Shown: positions 8,750-17,004 of the stretch, piece by piece
Numbering within the stretch: the first letter of the stretch is position 1
Layout of the letters: each line of letters starts with the position of its first letter
Virus record (IMG/VR): IMGVR_UViG_3300022213_000006
Span: 1-54,245 of that record
DNA length: 54,245 nucleotides
Origin: a virus
Lineage: Duplodnaviria > Caudoviricetes
Strand: one strand, 5' to 3'
Program-made: the position numbers and the translations under genes
The notes under the pieces: model-generated
What the model was told of the DNA's origin: nothing
The model's database searches: none
The model's input: only the letters and a program-made list of their open reading frames with translations

Positions 8750-10651
8750 GTGGAACGCACGCTTAAACCTCGCCACATCCGCCTGCTCGCCGAAAAAGCG
8801 GTGAGCCTCGATGTGGCCAAGGCTCGCGGGTATTGGTCGCTCGACAGCGCCGATGATTTTCCCAAGCTGGGCTGGGCAAGTCGTGGTCGCAACGCGGCGC
8901 CAAAGTGGCTTCGCCCACCGGGCCTAACAATTCCCCTGTTCTCCCCGGTCGATCTCGAGATTGGCGAGATCGAGAGTTGTTATTCCCAGTTCCGGCCGGA
9001 TCGCCCGGTTGAAGACGACAAGGGCAAGACGCGCAAGTACGTAAACCCCTCCGGCACGCGCGCCATCATCGACGTACATCCGGCGTTCTTCGGGACCGAT
9101 GCGTGGACTGATCGCGACACGCCGCTGTTCATCGTGGAGGGTGTCCCGAAAGAAGACGCGCTTTGGTCCATTGGGATTCCCGCCGTCTCGATTCAAGGGG
9201 TCTGGAATTTCACAAGCGAGAACCCTGACACGCACTACCGGGAGATCCTGCAGGATTTCCGGTATCTCCCCGTTGCGGGTCGTGAAGTTGTTATTGGGTT
9301 CGACGCGGATGCTTGGACGAATCGCGCGGTGCGCGCGGCTGCGCGCGAGCTGGGACGCATTCTTGGGCGCGGTAACGGCGGCGCTTCTGCGGTTCGAGCT
9401 TTACGCCTTCCACACCCTGAGAAGAAGTGGGGTGTGGATGACTTCTTGGCGGACGGCGGCACGCGGGAGTCGCTGCTTGAGCTGATTGTCGATCTCGACA
9501 AGCTCGCCCACGGTGGCCTCAGCGTCCAAGCGCTGAGCGAGATCGCGCCGATGCCGCCCGAGTGTTTGTGGGAGCCGTACCTGATCCGCAACACGTTGGG
9601 CTTTCTGGATGGTGCGCCTGGCGTGGGCAAGACGTGGATCGCGCTGAGCCTCGCAGCTGCCGTAACAACTGGTGGCTCGATGCCGAGTGCCTTCCGAACG
9701 GACAAGGGCAAGATGAGTCGTTGGCCGATCCCGAAAGGCAACGTCGTCTACATCACGCACGAGAACGATCCGAGCACAGCGCTGCGCCCTCGCTTTGATC
9801 GACTCGGCGGCGACGCGTCCAAGTTCTTCGTGCTCGCAACTGGGGATCCTGAAAGCGACGCGTTCACGTTGCAAGACATCGAGCCCCTCGAGAAAATGAT
9901 CGAAGAAATTAAACCCGTGCTCGTCGTGCTCGACCCCATCATGAATTTCCTCGGCGCGAAGACGGATGCACACCGAGACAATGAAGTGCGTCCGCTGCTG
10001 TCGAAGCTCATGCGTCTCGCGTCCAACCACCAGACCACGATGCTTGGCATTCGACACTTGCGAAAGGATTCGACGGGGAGCGCGGTGTACGCGGCTGGTG
10101 GTTCCGTTGCGTTCTCCGGCACGGCTCGCAGTGTTATTATGGCCGGCCGTTATTTCGGAGAGAACGAGTCGGAGAAGCTCGTGCTCGCCCACTCAAAAAC
10201 CAACGAGACTCCCGCTGGCGCGTCGCTCGAATTCGCGGTGACGAACGAGGGCAAGGACGATAAGGGGTTCTACAACGTCGCCTTCGAGTGGCGCGGCGTT
10301 CTGACTGTGCGCGCAGACGAGTTGGTCTCTCAGAAGGCGCCCACGAAAGCGCCGGCCACAAAGCCTCGGGACAAGCTCGCGAATCTGCTCGTCACCCTGC
10401 TCGCACAGAATCCCAACGGCGTCCCGACCACGGTGGTGGCCACCGCGATGAAGAGCATGGAGCTGGCTCCCACGACGCTTAAGCGCGTGGCCGAAGAGAT
10501 CCGCATCCAGCGTGTGCGCGTGGAGCCGCCGAAAGGCAGTCGATCGCGCAAATCCCCGTATTACGTGTGGAAGTACCTGGAAGGCGAGGAACCGGCGAAG
10601 GGTCGAGATTCTGTAGATATTTCACAGAATACCCCTAGCGCGAAGTTTTGA
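8750..10651 (+). CDS. Primase-helicase (Toprim/DUF3854-like plus RepA/AAA_25-like ATPase)
   Basis: Toprim IVEG..K, IGFDAD, GVDDFL; Walker A GAPGVGKT; Walker B VVLDP. Confidence 0.9.
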   Translation: MERTLKPRHIRLLAEKAVSLDVAKARGYWSLDSADDFPKLGWASRGRNAAPKWLRPPGLTIPLFSPVDLEIGEIESCYSQFRPDRPVEDDKGKTRKYVNPSGTRAIIDVHPAFFGTDAWTDRDTPLFIVEGVPKEDALWSIGIPAVSIQGVWNFTSENPDTHYREILQDFRYLPVAGREVVIGFDADAWTNRAVRAAARELGRILGRGNGGASAVRALRLPHPEKKWGVDDFLADGGTRESLLELIVDLDKLAHGGLSVQALSEIAPMPPECLWEPYLIRNTLGFLDGAPGVGKTWIALSLAAAVTTGGSMPSAFRTDKGKMSRWPIPKGNVVYITHENDPSTALRPRFDRLGGDASKFFVLATGDPESDAFTLQDIEPLEKMIEEIKPVLVVLDPIMNFLGAKTDAHRDNEVRPLLSKLMRLASNHQTTMLGIRHLRKDSTGSAVYAAGGSVAFSGTARSVIMAGRYFGENESEKLVLAHSKTNETPAGASLEFAVTNEGKDDKGFYNVAFEWRGVLTVRADELVSQKAPTKAPATKPRDKLANLLVTLLAQNPNGVPTTVVATAMKSMELAPTTLKRVAEEIRIQRVRVEPPKGSRSRKSPYYVWKYLEGEEPAKGRDSVDISQNTPSAKF

Positions 10652-10708
10652 TCCGCGGTAAGATTCCCTCGCATTGATTGGGACACATTCAACACGAGGA
10701 GTTTTAAA

Positions 10709-11167
10709 ATGACGCCGTCCCGGTTCCCGAAGGAAATCACCATCTCCGTCCCGCAGATCCCGAAGATGCCGAAGGCTCCGGCGTCGAAGGTCGACCGCCT
10801 GTACGAGCTGCGCGAGGCACGCCTCGCTTTCGGCCGCGCCATCGGGGAGGCGGAGAAGCTCCTGAGCCGCATCAAGGAAGTCGAGGAGGAGATCGCCCTG
10901 GAGCTGTCCGCAGAGCTGCGCAAGCTCGGCGGCGCGACGAAGCTCTCCGGCGAAGTGGCGACGTTCGCCCCCAGCACGACCCCGGTGTACGCAGTGGCTG
11001 ACTGGGATGCGTTCTATGCCCACATCAAGAAGAACGACGCTTGGGATCTCCTGGAGCGCCGCCCGGCTCGCGCCGCTTTGAATGCCCGGTTCGATGAGCA
11101 CAAGGCGGTCCCGGGCATCCAGCAGGACCGCAAGTTCTCCTACTCGCTGACCAAGGCGAGCCGCTAA
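10709..11167 (+). CDS. Conserved phage replication-module protein
   Basis: GAGGAG RBS; coiled coil followed by VADWDAFY...DLLERR...VPG. Confidence 0.85.
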   Translation: MTPSRFPKEITISVPQIPKMPKAPASKVDRLYELREARLAFGRAIGEAEKLLSRIKEVEEEIALELSAELRKLGGATKLSGEVATFAPSTTPVYAVADWDAFYAHIKKNDAWDLLERRPARAALNARFDEHKAVPGIQQDRKFSYSLTKASR

Positions 11168-11195
11168 GCCAACAAAAACCCTAATAAGAAAGGAG

Positions 11196-11337
11196 GTGGT
11201 AGCAACGAGCATCGAGCCAGCTTCGGGTCTGAGAGCGGACAGGACCGCTCGATCCTCAGCTCGGCGTCCTCCGAGTCGAATCTTGCGGCTGGTCACGCAA
11301 GCGAAGCTCGATCTGGTTCGATGGCCGTTGCTATCAC
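11196..11337 (+). ncRNA. Candidate multibranch structured RNA or cis-regulatory leader
   Basis: Closing helices 11196-11207/11326-11337 (12 bp) and 11210-11220/11313-11323 (11 bp) with G-U pairs, enclosing three hairpins. Confidence 0.8.
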
Positions 11338-11347
11338 TGGAAAGAGA

Positions 11348-11548
11348 ATGAAGACGAAAGTTTCCATCGAGAACGCGAAGGACTACAAGCTGACGAAGCA
11401 GCTCTTCGACGCTGCTTACGCGCGTGAAGTCATGTCCGCTTGCAAGGGCAACGTCACCGAAGCTGCCCGCTTCGCCGGCAAAGAGCGCAAGGACTTCTAC
11501 GATCTGCTCAAGCGTGCAGAGGTTTCTCCGCAGGAATTTCGAGAATGA
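11348..11548 (+). CDS. Stand-alone Fis/NtrC-type helix-turn-helix protein
   Basis: F..AY..EVM...KGNVTEAARFAGKERKDFYDLLKR resembles the C-terminal HTH of sigma54 enhancer-binding proteins. Confidence 0.85.
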   Translation: MKTKVSIENAKDYKLTKQLFDAAYAREVMSACKGNVTEAARFAGKERKDFYDLLKRAEVSPQEFRE

Positions 11549-11880
11549 CGCGCAGTCGTGAAATCGAAGCGGCACTCTGGAGCCGGATCTCCGATCCGGG
11601 GTTGCCCGAGCAGTCAAGGAGCCTCACCTACCTGACGCTGGTGCTCCTGGACTTGGCGGAGAGCGTGGCTTCGATTCAAGCGGCACCCGCTGCGTCGCCT
11701 GTGAGCGCGGAACCGTCCGTTGAAACTCGAGAATCCCTCGCCTACCTCAGTCAGTCTCTGGCCGAGTACCAGGACATTCTCACGCGCGAGCCGACAGCGC
11801 GCATGCCGTGGGGAGCGTTGCGAGAAAAAGGGGAGCAGCTCCGAGCCGCCATCGAGGACGTTCAGCGTCGAGGCCTGTAG
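11545..11880 (+). CDS. Hypothetical protein
   Basis: ATGA coupling with HTH gene; MTRSREIE start. Confidence 0.65.
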   Translation: MTRSREIEAALWSRISDPGLPEQSRSLTYLTLVLLDLAESVASIQAAPAASPVSAEPSVETRESLAYLSQSLAEYQDILTREPTARMPWGALREKGEQLRAAIEDVQRRGL

Positions 11881-11890
11881 GAGGACGACA

Positions 11891-12361
11891 ATGCTTGATT
11901 CTTTGTTGCGTTGGATCGACAACCGAGGCGGTGCGGTTTGGATTCGAGATAACAATTACCTGAAGCGCCACTTCATCGTCTCCTCCAAACACTTCGGAGT
12001 TCTGCTGCACGAGTGGCATGGCTCCGATCCCGATCGGCCGCATTGCCATCCCTGGTGGAGTGTCAGCATTCCACTGCGCGGATATTTGTTGGAACATTTC
12101 CACGACGACACTGTTCGGCACTTGGAGTTTGGACGAATCGCCATTCGCACGTCCCGAGAGCTGCACCGAATTGTGGTGCCGAAGCAGCGCACGCGCCCGG
12201 TGACGCTCTTCATACACGGTCCTGTGCGCCGAAAGTGGGGTTTCATTGCGCCCGCATCGGAGTGGCGTGATCGGTTCTGGGTTTCCGCGACATCCCTGGG
12301 AATTGAGAATTCGCGGAGGCAGCTTCGGGGATGGTTTTTCCCCCGGATTTCAAGCGAATGA
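11891..12361 (+). CDS. Cupin-fold protein (HxHPW family)
   Basis: AGGAGG RBS; LH...D.DRPHCHPW...GYLLE...HRI...TLFIHGP.RRKWGF. Confidence 0.75.
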   Translation: MLDSLLRWIDNRGGAVWIRDNNYLKRHFIVSSKHFGVLLHEWHGSDPDRPHCHPWWSVSIPLRGYLLEHFHDDTVRHLEFGRIAIRTSRELHRIVVPKQRTRPVTLFIHGPVRRKWGFIAPASEWRDRFWVSATSLGIENSRRQLRGWFFPRISSE

Positions 12362-12582
12362 AAGAAGACGTCGTCTTCGGAATGACAAGACTGCCACATG
12401 TACCGCCAGAGAAACGAACGGAGTACGCACGACACATCCGCGAGTTGTCTTCGGTCATTCCGCTCGAAGATGCCTTGTCGATTTTCGTCTCCGAGGCCGC
12501 TGGGCGTGGCTGGCCTTCTGGGGCCCACGTCGAGATTAGAATTCGCACAGCGATCATTGCGCTGAGACAGGATCCAGCGTAG
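12358..12582 (+). CDS. Hypothetical protein
   Basis: ATGA coupling. Confidence 0.5.
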   Translation: MKEDVVFGMTRLPHVPPEKRTEYARHIRELSSVIPLEDALSIFVSEAAGRGWPSGAHVEIRIRTAIIALRQDPA

Positions 12583-12682
12583 GTTCGAAACACTAAATCC
12601 CAAAATTCTCACTCGCGTGATTTCGAGCTTGCTAAGGCAGCAAGTCTCCACCGACGTGGGGAATGTGCAGGAGCACAGCAAC

Positions 12683-13654
12683 ATGGCAAAGATGACGAAG
12701 ACCCGTCAGGAGACGGGTGCTTTGGTGGCACGGGGAAATACCCCGTCCGCTCTGATGGTCCCCGGCTCGGGGCATGTGCCCGAGGGCTGGGAAGCGCGCA
12801 TTCAGCAGTACGCGAAGCGCGACGCGGCTACGGCGAAGGGCGCCGCTGGTTGGCCCTACATCAGCACGAAGGGCGGCGTCTTCAAAGTCGAAGAGACGCG
12901 TCTCGAAGAGCTTCCGCCGATGATCGTCCTCGGCACTGTTTTCGAGAACAGCTTCTTCGCAGGGCTGTACGACGCGGACCACGCGTCGGCACCGACCTGT
13001 TTCGCGATCGGAACCGAGGAGGAGAATCTCGCTCCGCCGGAGTCCCTCGGCGATCAGCGTCAGTGCATTCAGACGGAGCCGACGAGCCCGAAGTGCTCGG
13101 GCTGCTGGGCCAACGTGTTCGGAACCGGAGAACGTGGCAAGGGCAAGGCGTGCAAGAACACGCGACGCCTCGCGCTGCTGCCCGCAGACGAGTTGTCTGT
13201 GGGGAGTCTCTCGCAGGCGCAGTGCTTCATGCTGCGTCTCTCTGTGACGAGCGTGAAGCAGTACGCCTCGTACGCCAACAAGGTGGCGCGATCGCTGGAG
13301 ATCCCGCTCTTCATGCTGCGGACGCGGATCCGGATCGAGCCCGACCCGAAGACTCAGTTCAAGATCCTCTTCGAGCCGTACGACATCGTGGAGCAGGACG
13401 GTCGCGTCCTTCCCCTGCTGATCGGAGATTCCGATCTGCTGACCGCGATCGAAGGCCGCGTGAAGGAAGCTGAGAACTTCCTGATGCAGGTTCCGAGCGC
13501 CCGCGACGATGAGAGCGAGGGTGCTCCGAAGCGTCGCGCGGTGGCTCCCGCGCCGCAGCGCAAGCCGCAGATTGGCCGCGCCGGCACGTCTCGCAAGGCG
13601 TCGGATGCGCCCGCCACGGGCGGCGTGAAGCGCGCAGCCACGGCGAAGTACTAG
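12683..13654 (+). CDS. Putative single-stranded DNA-binding protein (Zn-binding phage type)
   Basis: AGGAG RBS; PTCFA..CxxC..N.FG..GKGKACKN.RRL; directly upstream of polymerase. Confidence 0.7.
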   Translation: MAKMTKTRQETGALVARGNTPSALMVPGSGHVPEGWEARIQQYAKRDAATAKGAAGWPYISTKGGVFKVEETRLEELPPMIVLGTVFENSFFAGLYDADHASAPTCFAIGTEEENLAPPESLGDQRQCIQTEPTSPKCSGCWANVFGTGERGKGKACKNTRRLALLPADELSVGSLSQAQCFMLRLSVTSVKQYASYANKVARSLEIPLFMLRTRIRIEPDPKTQFKILFEPYDIVEQDGRVLPLLIGDSDLLTAIEGRVKEAENFLMQVPSARDDESEGAPKRRAVAPAPQRKPQIGRAGTSRKASDAPATGGVKRAATAKY

Positions 13655-13658
13655 CTCC

Positions 13659-13749
13659 GAGGTTGTCGAGTCGTCGTAGCCTTCTTCGCATTCCTCCACC
13701 TGGCACCCCCATCCCAGGAGCGGAGAGGCGACGGCGGCTCGACTTCCTC
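13659..13749 (+). promoter_or_regulatory. Long irregular hairpin in the polymerase leader
   Basis: GTCGAGTCGTCGT(13665-13677) pairs with ACGGCGGCTCGAC(13731-13743); further inner helices; no U tract. Confidence 0.7.
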
Positions 13750-13754
13750 TCTCG

Positions 13755-15788
13755 TTGTTGGGGTGTTCTCTGACTGCTCCGATCGCAATCGACTTCGAGA
13801 CTAAGCCGATCAAGCCTAGGCCCGAGTATCCCCCGGAGCCCGTGGGCGTCGCGATTATGGAGCCGGGCTCGAGGCCAACGTACCTTGCCTGGGGTCATCG
13901 CGGCGGGAATAACACCTGCACGAAACGTGAAGCCGCCGTGCGGCTGCGAGCGCTGTGGAAGAGCGGGAGACCGCTTCTGTTCCACAATGCGAAGTTCGAC
14001 ATCGATGTGGCTGAGACGTTCTTCGATCTGAAGCGGCCGGCCTACGACAACTTCTTCGACACCATGCTCGAAGCTTTTCTGTATGACCCAAATTCGCGTG
14101 AGCTGGGATTGAAAGAGCAAGCGACTGTTCACCTCGCCATGCCACCGGAAGAGCAGGACGAGGTCGTCAAGTGGCTGATGAAGAACATCCCAGCGCTCAA
14201 GCGGAAGAAGAAGGAAGCGAAGGCGAATCTTTGGCTCGCCCCGGCCAACATCGTTCGCCCGTATGCGATCGGGGATGTGGTTCGAACTCGCAAGCTTCAC
14301 GACTTCTTCTTTCCGTGGCTGCGAGATTCCCAGGTGCTCGAAGCGTATGATCGCGAGCGACGATTCATGTACGTCATCCTCGACATGGAACGTCTGGGTG
14401 TTCCCATTGACGCAGATCGTTTGCGGACGAGTATCGAGGGGGCTGACGGGCTCAATTGGACGAATTCTCTGAGAACGGTCGAAGACTGGATCGTGAAAGA
14501 GTTGCGTCGACGCTCGCGTCGAACCGGCGAGATCAATCTCGACTCGAACGAAGAGTTGGCCGACGCGCTTGAAGCGGCTCGACTTGTTAGGCCCGGAAAC
14601 TGGGTGATGACGGAACCCACTGCCGACTTCGCGCAGGGTCAGCGATCCGTTTCGATCGAAAATCTTGGGAAGGCTATCGAGGATCCCCTCGTCTATGGGG
14701 CGCTTCGATATCGCGCGTCGCTTGCGCACTCGGTGCGGACCAACGCGCGACCGTGGCTTGCAATGGCGGGTGCGGGTTCCAGCATCTACCCGCAGTGGAA
14801 TCAAGTGCGCCAGGCCTCGACGGGAACGACGCGCAGGCAGATCGGCGCCCGCACGGGACGCGTCAGCTCCACGCCGAACGCGCAGAATCTTGCGAACGAG
14901 CCGATGCGGATCTTCTTCGATGCGTCGAAGATGCAGCAGGCGCTTGAGTTAGCGGAAGCAAACAAAGAAGAGTGGAGAGCGCTGCTGATGCCCCCGGACT
15001 TGGAGGGGAAGATCTCGCCGCTTCCGTGGATGCGTGACTTTGTGATCCCTGATGTCCCAGAGCGGGCGCATCTGAGCGTGCTCGGGGATCGAGACTACGC
15101 CCAGCAAGAGTTGCGAATTCTCGCGCACTTTATGGAAGGTGCGGCTCTCGAGATTTACAAAGAGAACCCAGAGACTGACTTTCATCAGATGGCGACAGAC
15201 GAGTTGCACGAGCGCTACTCGCACCTCGCGCACTACAAGCGCAGCAAGGTCAAAGCGGTGGTGCTCGCGATCATTTATGCGCGCGGCATTCCTGCGTTGG
15301 CTGCCCAGCTTGGGATCACCATCGAAGAGGCCCGGCAGCTGAAGAATGCGATCTTGTCGCTCTTCCCCGGAGTGAAAACTCTGATGGACAACCTGCGTCG
15401 CCGAGCGGCACTGGAGCAACCCATTCGTACCTGGGGAGGCCGGGTCTACTACGTTGAACCACCGGTCGAAATCATCGACAAGATCTCCAAGCTTCCGCGC
15501 TTGCAGACCTTCGAGTACAAGATGATCAACACGCTGATCCAAGGCAGCGCGGCCGACAACACGAAGGAAGCGATGATCCGCTACCACGAAGACCCGAGGC
15601 GTCAGGGTCGCATGCTGCTTCAGGTTCATGACGAGCTGGTGATGACGGGCAGACGCGAAGGTTTCGACGCTGAGATGTCGCTTCTGCGGGAACACATGGA
15701 GAGTGTCGAGTTCGACGTGCCGATGAGAACGGAAGGGGAGTGGGGTCCGACGTGGGCTCAGCTGTCGCCGTATAACGATCAACGCTGA
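13755..15788 (+). CDS. polA: DNA polymerase family A with 3'-5' exonuclease; start uncertain (TTG 13755/13758 or CTG 13770)
   Basis: Exo IDFET, HNAKFD, YAIGD; motif A DYAQQELRILAH, B KAVVLAIIY, C VHDEL. Confidence 0.97.
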   Translation: MLGCSLTAPIAIDFETKPIKPRPEYPPEPVGVAIMEPGSRPTYLAWGHRGGNNTCTKREAAVRLRALWKSGRPLLFHNAKFDIDVAETFFDLKRPAYDNFFDTMLEAFLYDPNSRELGLKEQATVHLAMPPEEQDEVVKWLMKNIPALKRKKKEAKANLWLAPANIVRPYAIGDVVRTRKLHDFFFPWLRDSQVLEAYDRERRFMYVILDMERLGVPIDADRLRTSIEGADGLNWTNSLRTVEDWIVKELRRRSRRTGEINLDSNEELADALEAARLVRPGNWVMTEPTADFAQGQRSVSIENLGKAIEDPLVYGALRYRASLAHSVRTNARPWLAMAGAGSSIYPQWNQVRQASTGTTRRQIGARTGRVSSTPNAQNLANEPMRIFFDASKMQQALELAEANKEEWRALLMPPDLEGKISPLPWMRDFVIPDVPERAHLSVLGDRDYAQQELRILAHFMEGAALEIYKENPETDFHQMATDELHERYSHLAHYKRSKVKAVVLAIIYARGIPALAAQLGITIEEARQLKNAILSLFPGVKTLMDNLRRRAALEQPIRTWGGRVYYVEPPVEIIDKISKLPRLQTFEYKMINTLIQGSAADNTKEAMIRYHEDPRRQGRMLLQVHDELVMTGRREGFDAEMSLLREHMESVEFDVPMRTEGEWGPTWAQLSPYNDQR

Positions 15789-15801
15789 GAGGCAAAGCAA
15801 T

Positions 15802-16530
15802 ATGGTGAAGAGAACAGTGGTGAAGGCCGGCGAGGAAACGCGCCCGCGTCTCAAATCGTGGAGCTACTCCACGTACACGCAGTACGAGGGTTGTCCGGCC
15901 CGTGTCTACTACGGGAAGATCCTGAAGCTTCCGGATCCCTTGGGCCCCGCGGTTGAACGCGGAAATCAAATCCACGTGCTCGCCGACCGTTATCTGAAAG
16001 GAATCCTTCAAGAGTTTCCCGCGAAGGGGGTAGGGAAGGAATGGCATGCGTACAGGGAGCACCTCGACGCGCTCAAAGACCTGAGCCGCATGAAGTCGGA
16101 ATCTGACATGACGTTCACGCGTGAGTGGCGAAAGACGCACTGGCGTGATTGGGACGGCGCCTGGGTTCGGATGAAGCTCGACGTTGAGGCCTTTCACTCC
16201 AAGACGCATCTGCTCGTGGTGGATTTCAAATCCGGGCAAGATCGTGATTACTCGAAGCAGCTAGAGCTGTACGGTCTCGGAGGTTTCAAGCAATACCCCT
16301 CGGTCAAGGAGGTCACTGCGGAGATCTGGCTCGTGGATCAGCCGAATTCTCCGAACGCCATTCGAGGTATCAACTTCACACGAGCGACGGACGAAAAGCG
16401 CTTGCAGACAACGTGGGAGGGGCGCGTGGAGAAGATGATGGCGGACGAGACGTACAAGGCTCGGCCGAGTCGCGCGTGCTCCTGGTGCCCATTCTCGAAG
16501 GCAAAGGGTGGCCCCTGCACCGAAGCATGA
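15802..16530 (+). CDS. PD-(D/E)XK exonuclease (Cas4/AddB-like, four Cys)
   Basis: SYS....CP, VVDFKSG, QLELY, CSWCPF......C. Confidence 0.9.
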   Translation: MVKRTVVKAGEETRPRLKSWSYSTYTQYEGCPARVYYGKILKLPDPLGPAVERGNQIHVLADRYLKGILQEFPAKGVGKEWHAYREHLDALKDLSRMKSESDMTFTREWRKTHWRDWDGAWVRMKLDVEAFHSKTHLLVVDFKSGQDRDYSKQLELYGLGGFKQYPSVKEVTAEIWLVDQPNSPNAIRGINFTRATDEKRLQTTWEGRVEKMMADETYKARPSRACSWCPFSKAKGGPCTEA

Positions 16531-16548
16531 AAGGCAGAGCGTGACAAA

Positions 16549-17004
16549 ATGGCTGGCCGAAAAGAGCCCGTTCTCGAGCGGGTCATCGAAGCAGCGGGAG
16601 ATGCTGAAGCCCGCCGCTGTGGATTGGTCTCGCTCAAGCTCAACTTCCGAGGACGAAGGAGCTGGCCAGACCGCGCTTACCTTGCCCAAGGCGGACGAAT
16701 CCTTTTCGTGGAGTTCAAAAGACAAGGGCAGTCGCCGAGGCCGGACCAAGAGCGGACGATCGGACTCCTCCGCCGCCTCGGTTTCCAAGTCGAGGTCATC
16801 GACCAGAGCGACCGTGCTCGGCAAATCCTCCGAGAGTTCGCAGTGGGATGCGCCGAGGCGATGGACTCCGAAGCCGTACCACGAGCGCGCGGTTCAAGCG
16901 ATGGTGAGCAACCCAGCATACGGGCTGCTTCTCGATCCCGGGCTCGGAAAGACGGCCGTCACCCTCGCCGCGTTCAAGCTGTTGAAGAAAGCGGGAATTG
17001 TTAG
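16549..17004 (+). CDS. VRR-NUC domain nuclease
   Basis: WPDR...GGRILFVEFKR..Q. Confidence 0.9.
   Translation: MAGRKEPVLERVIEAAGDAEARRCGLVSLKLNFRGRRSWPDRAYLAQGGRILFVEFKRQGQSPRPDQERTIGLLRRLGFQVEVIDQSDRARQILREFAVGCAEAMDSEAVPRARGSSDGEQPSIRAASRSRARKDGRHPRRVQAVEESGNC

Noticed and set aside
12578-12600. GGTTCGAAA as the missing 3' half of a split tRNA
   Set aside because: Flanks do not form a T stem and no TGCGCCC acceptor strand follows
12632-14804. Long minus-strand ORFs (393 and 481 aa)
   Set aside because: Antisense to the SSB-like and polymerase genes; expected from codon bias
16508-17004. VRR-NUC/helicase frameshift fusion
   Set aside because: An in-frame GTG at 16814 explains the overlap and no slippery site was seen; the upstream Ser-rich extension looks like off-frame sequence
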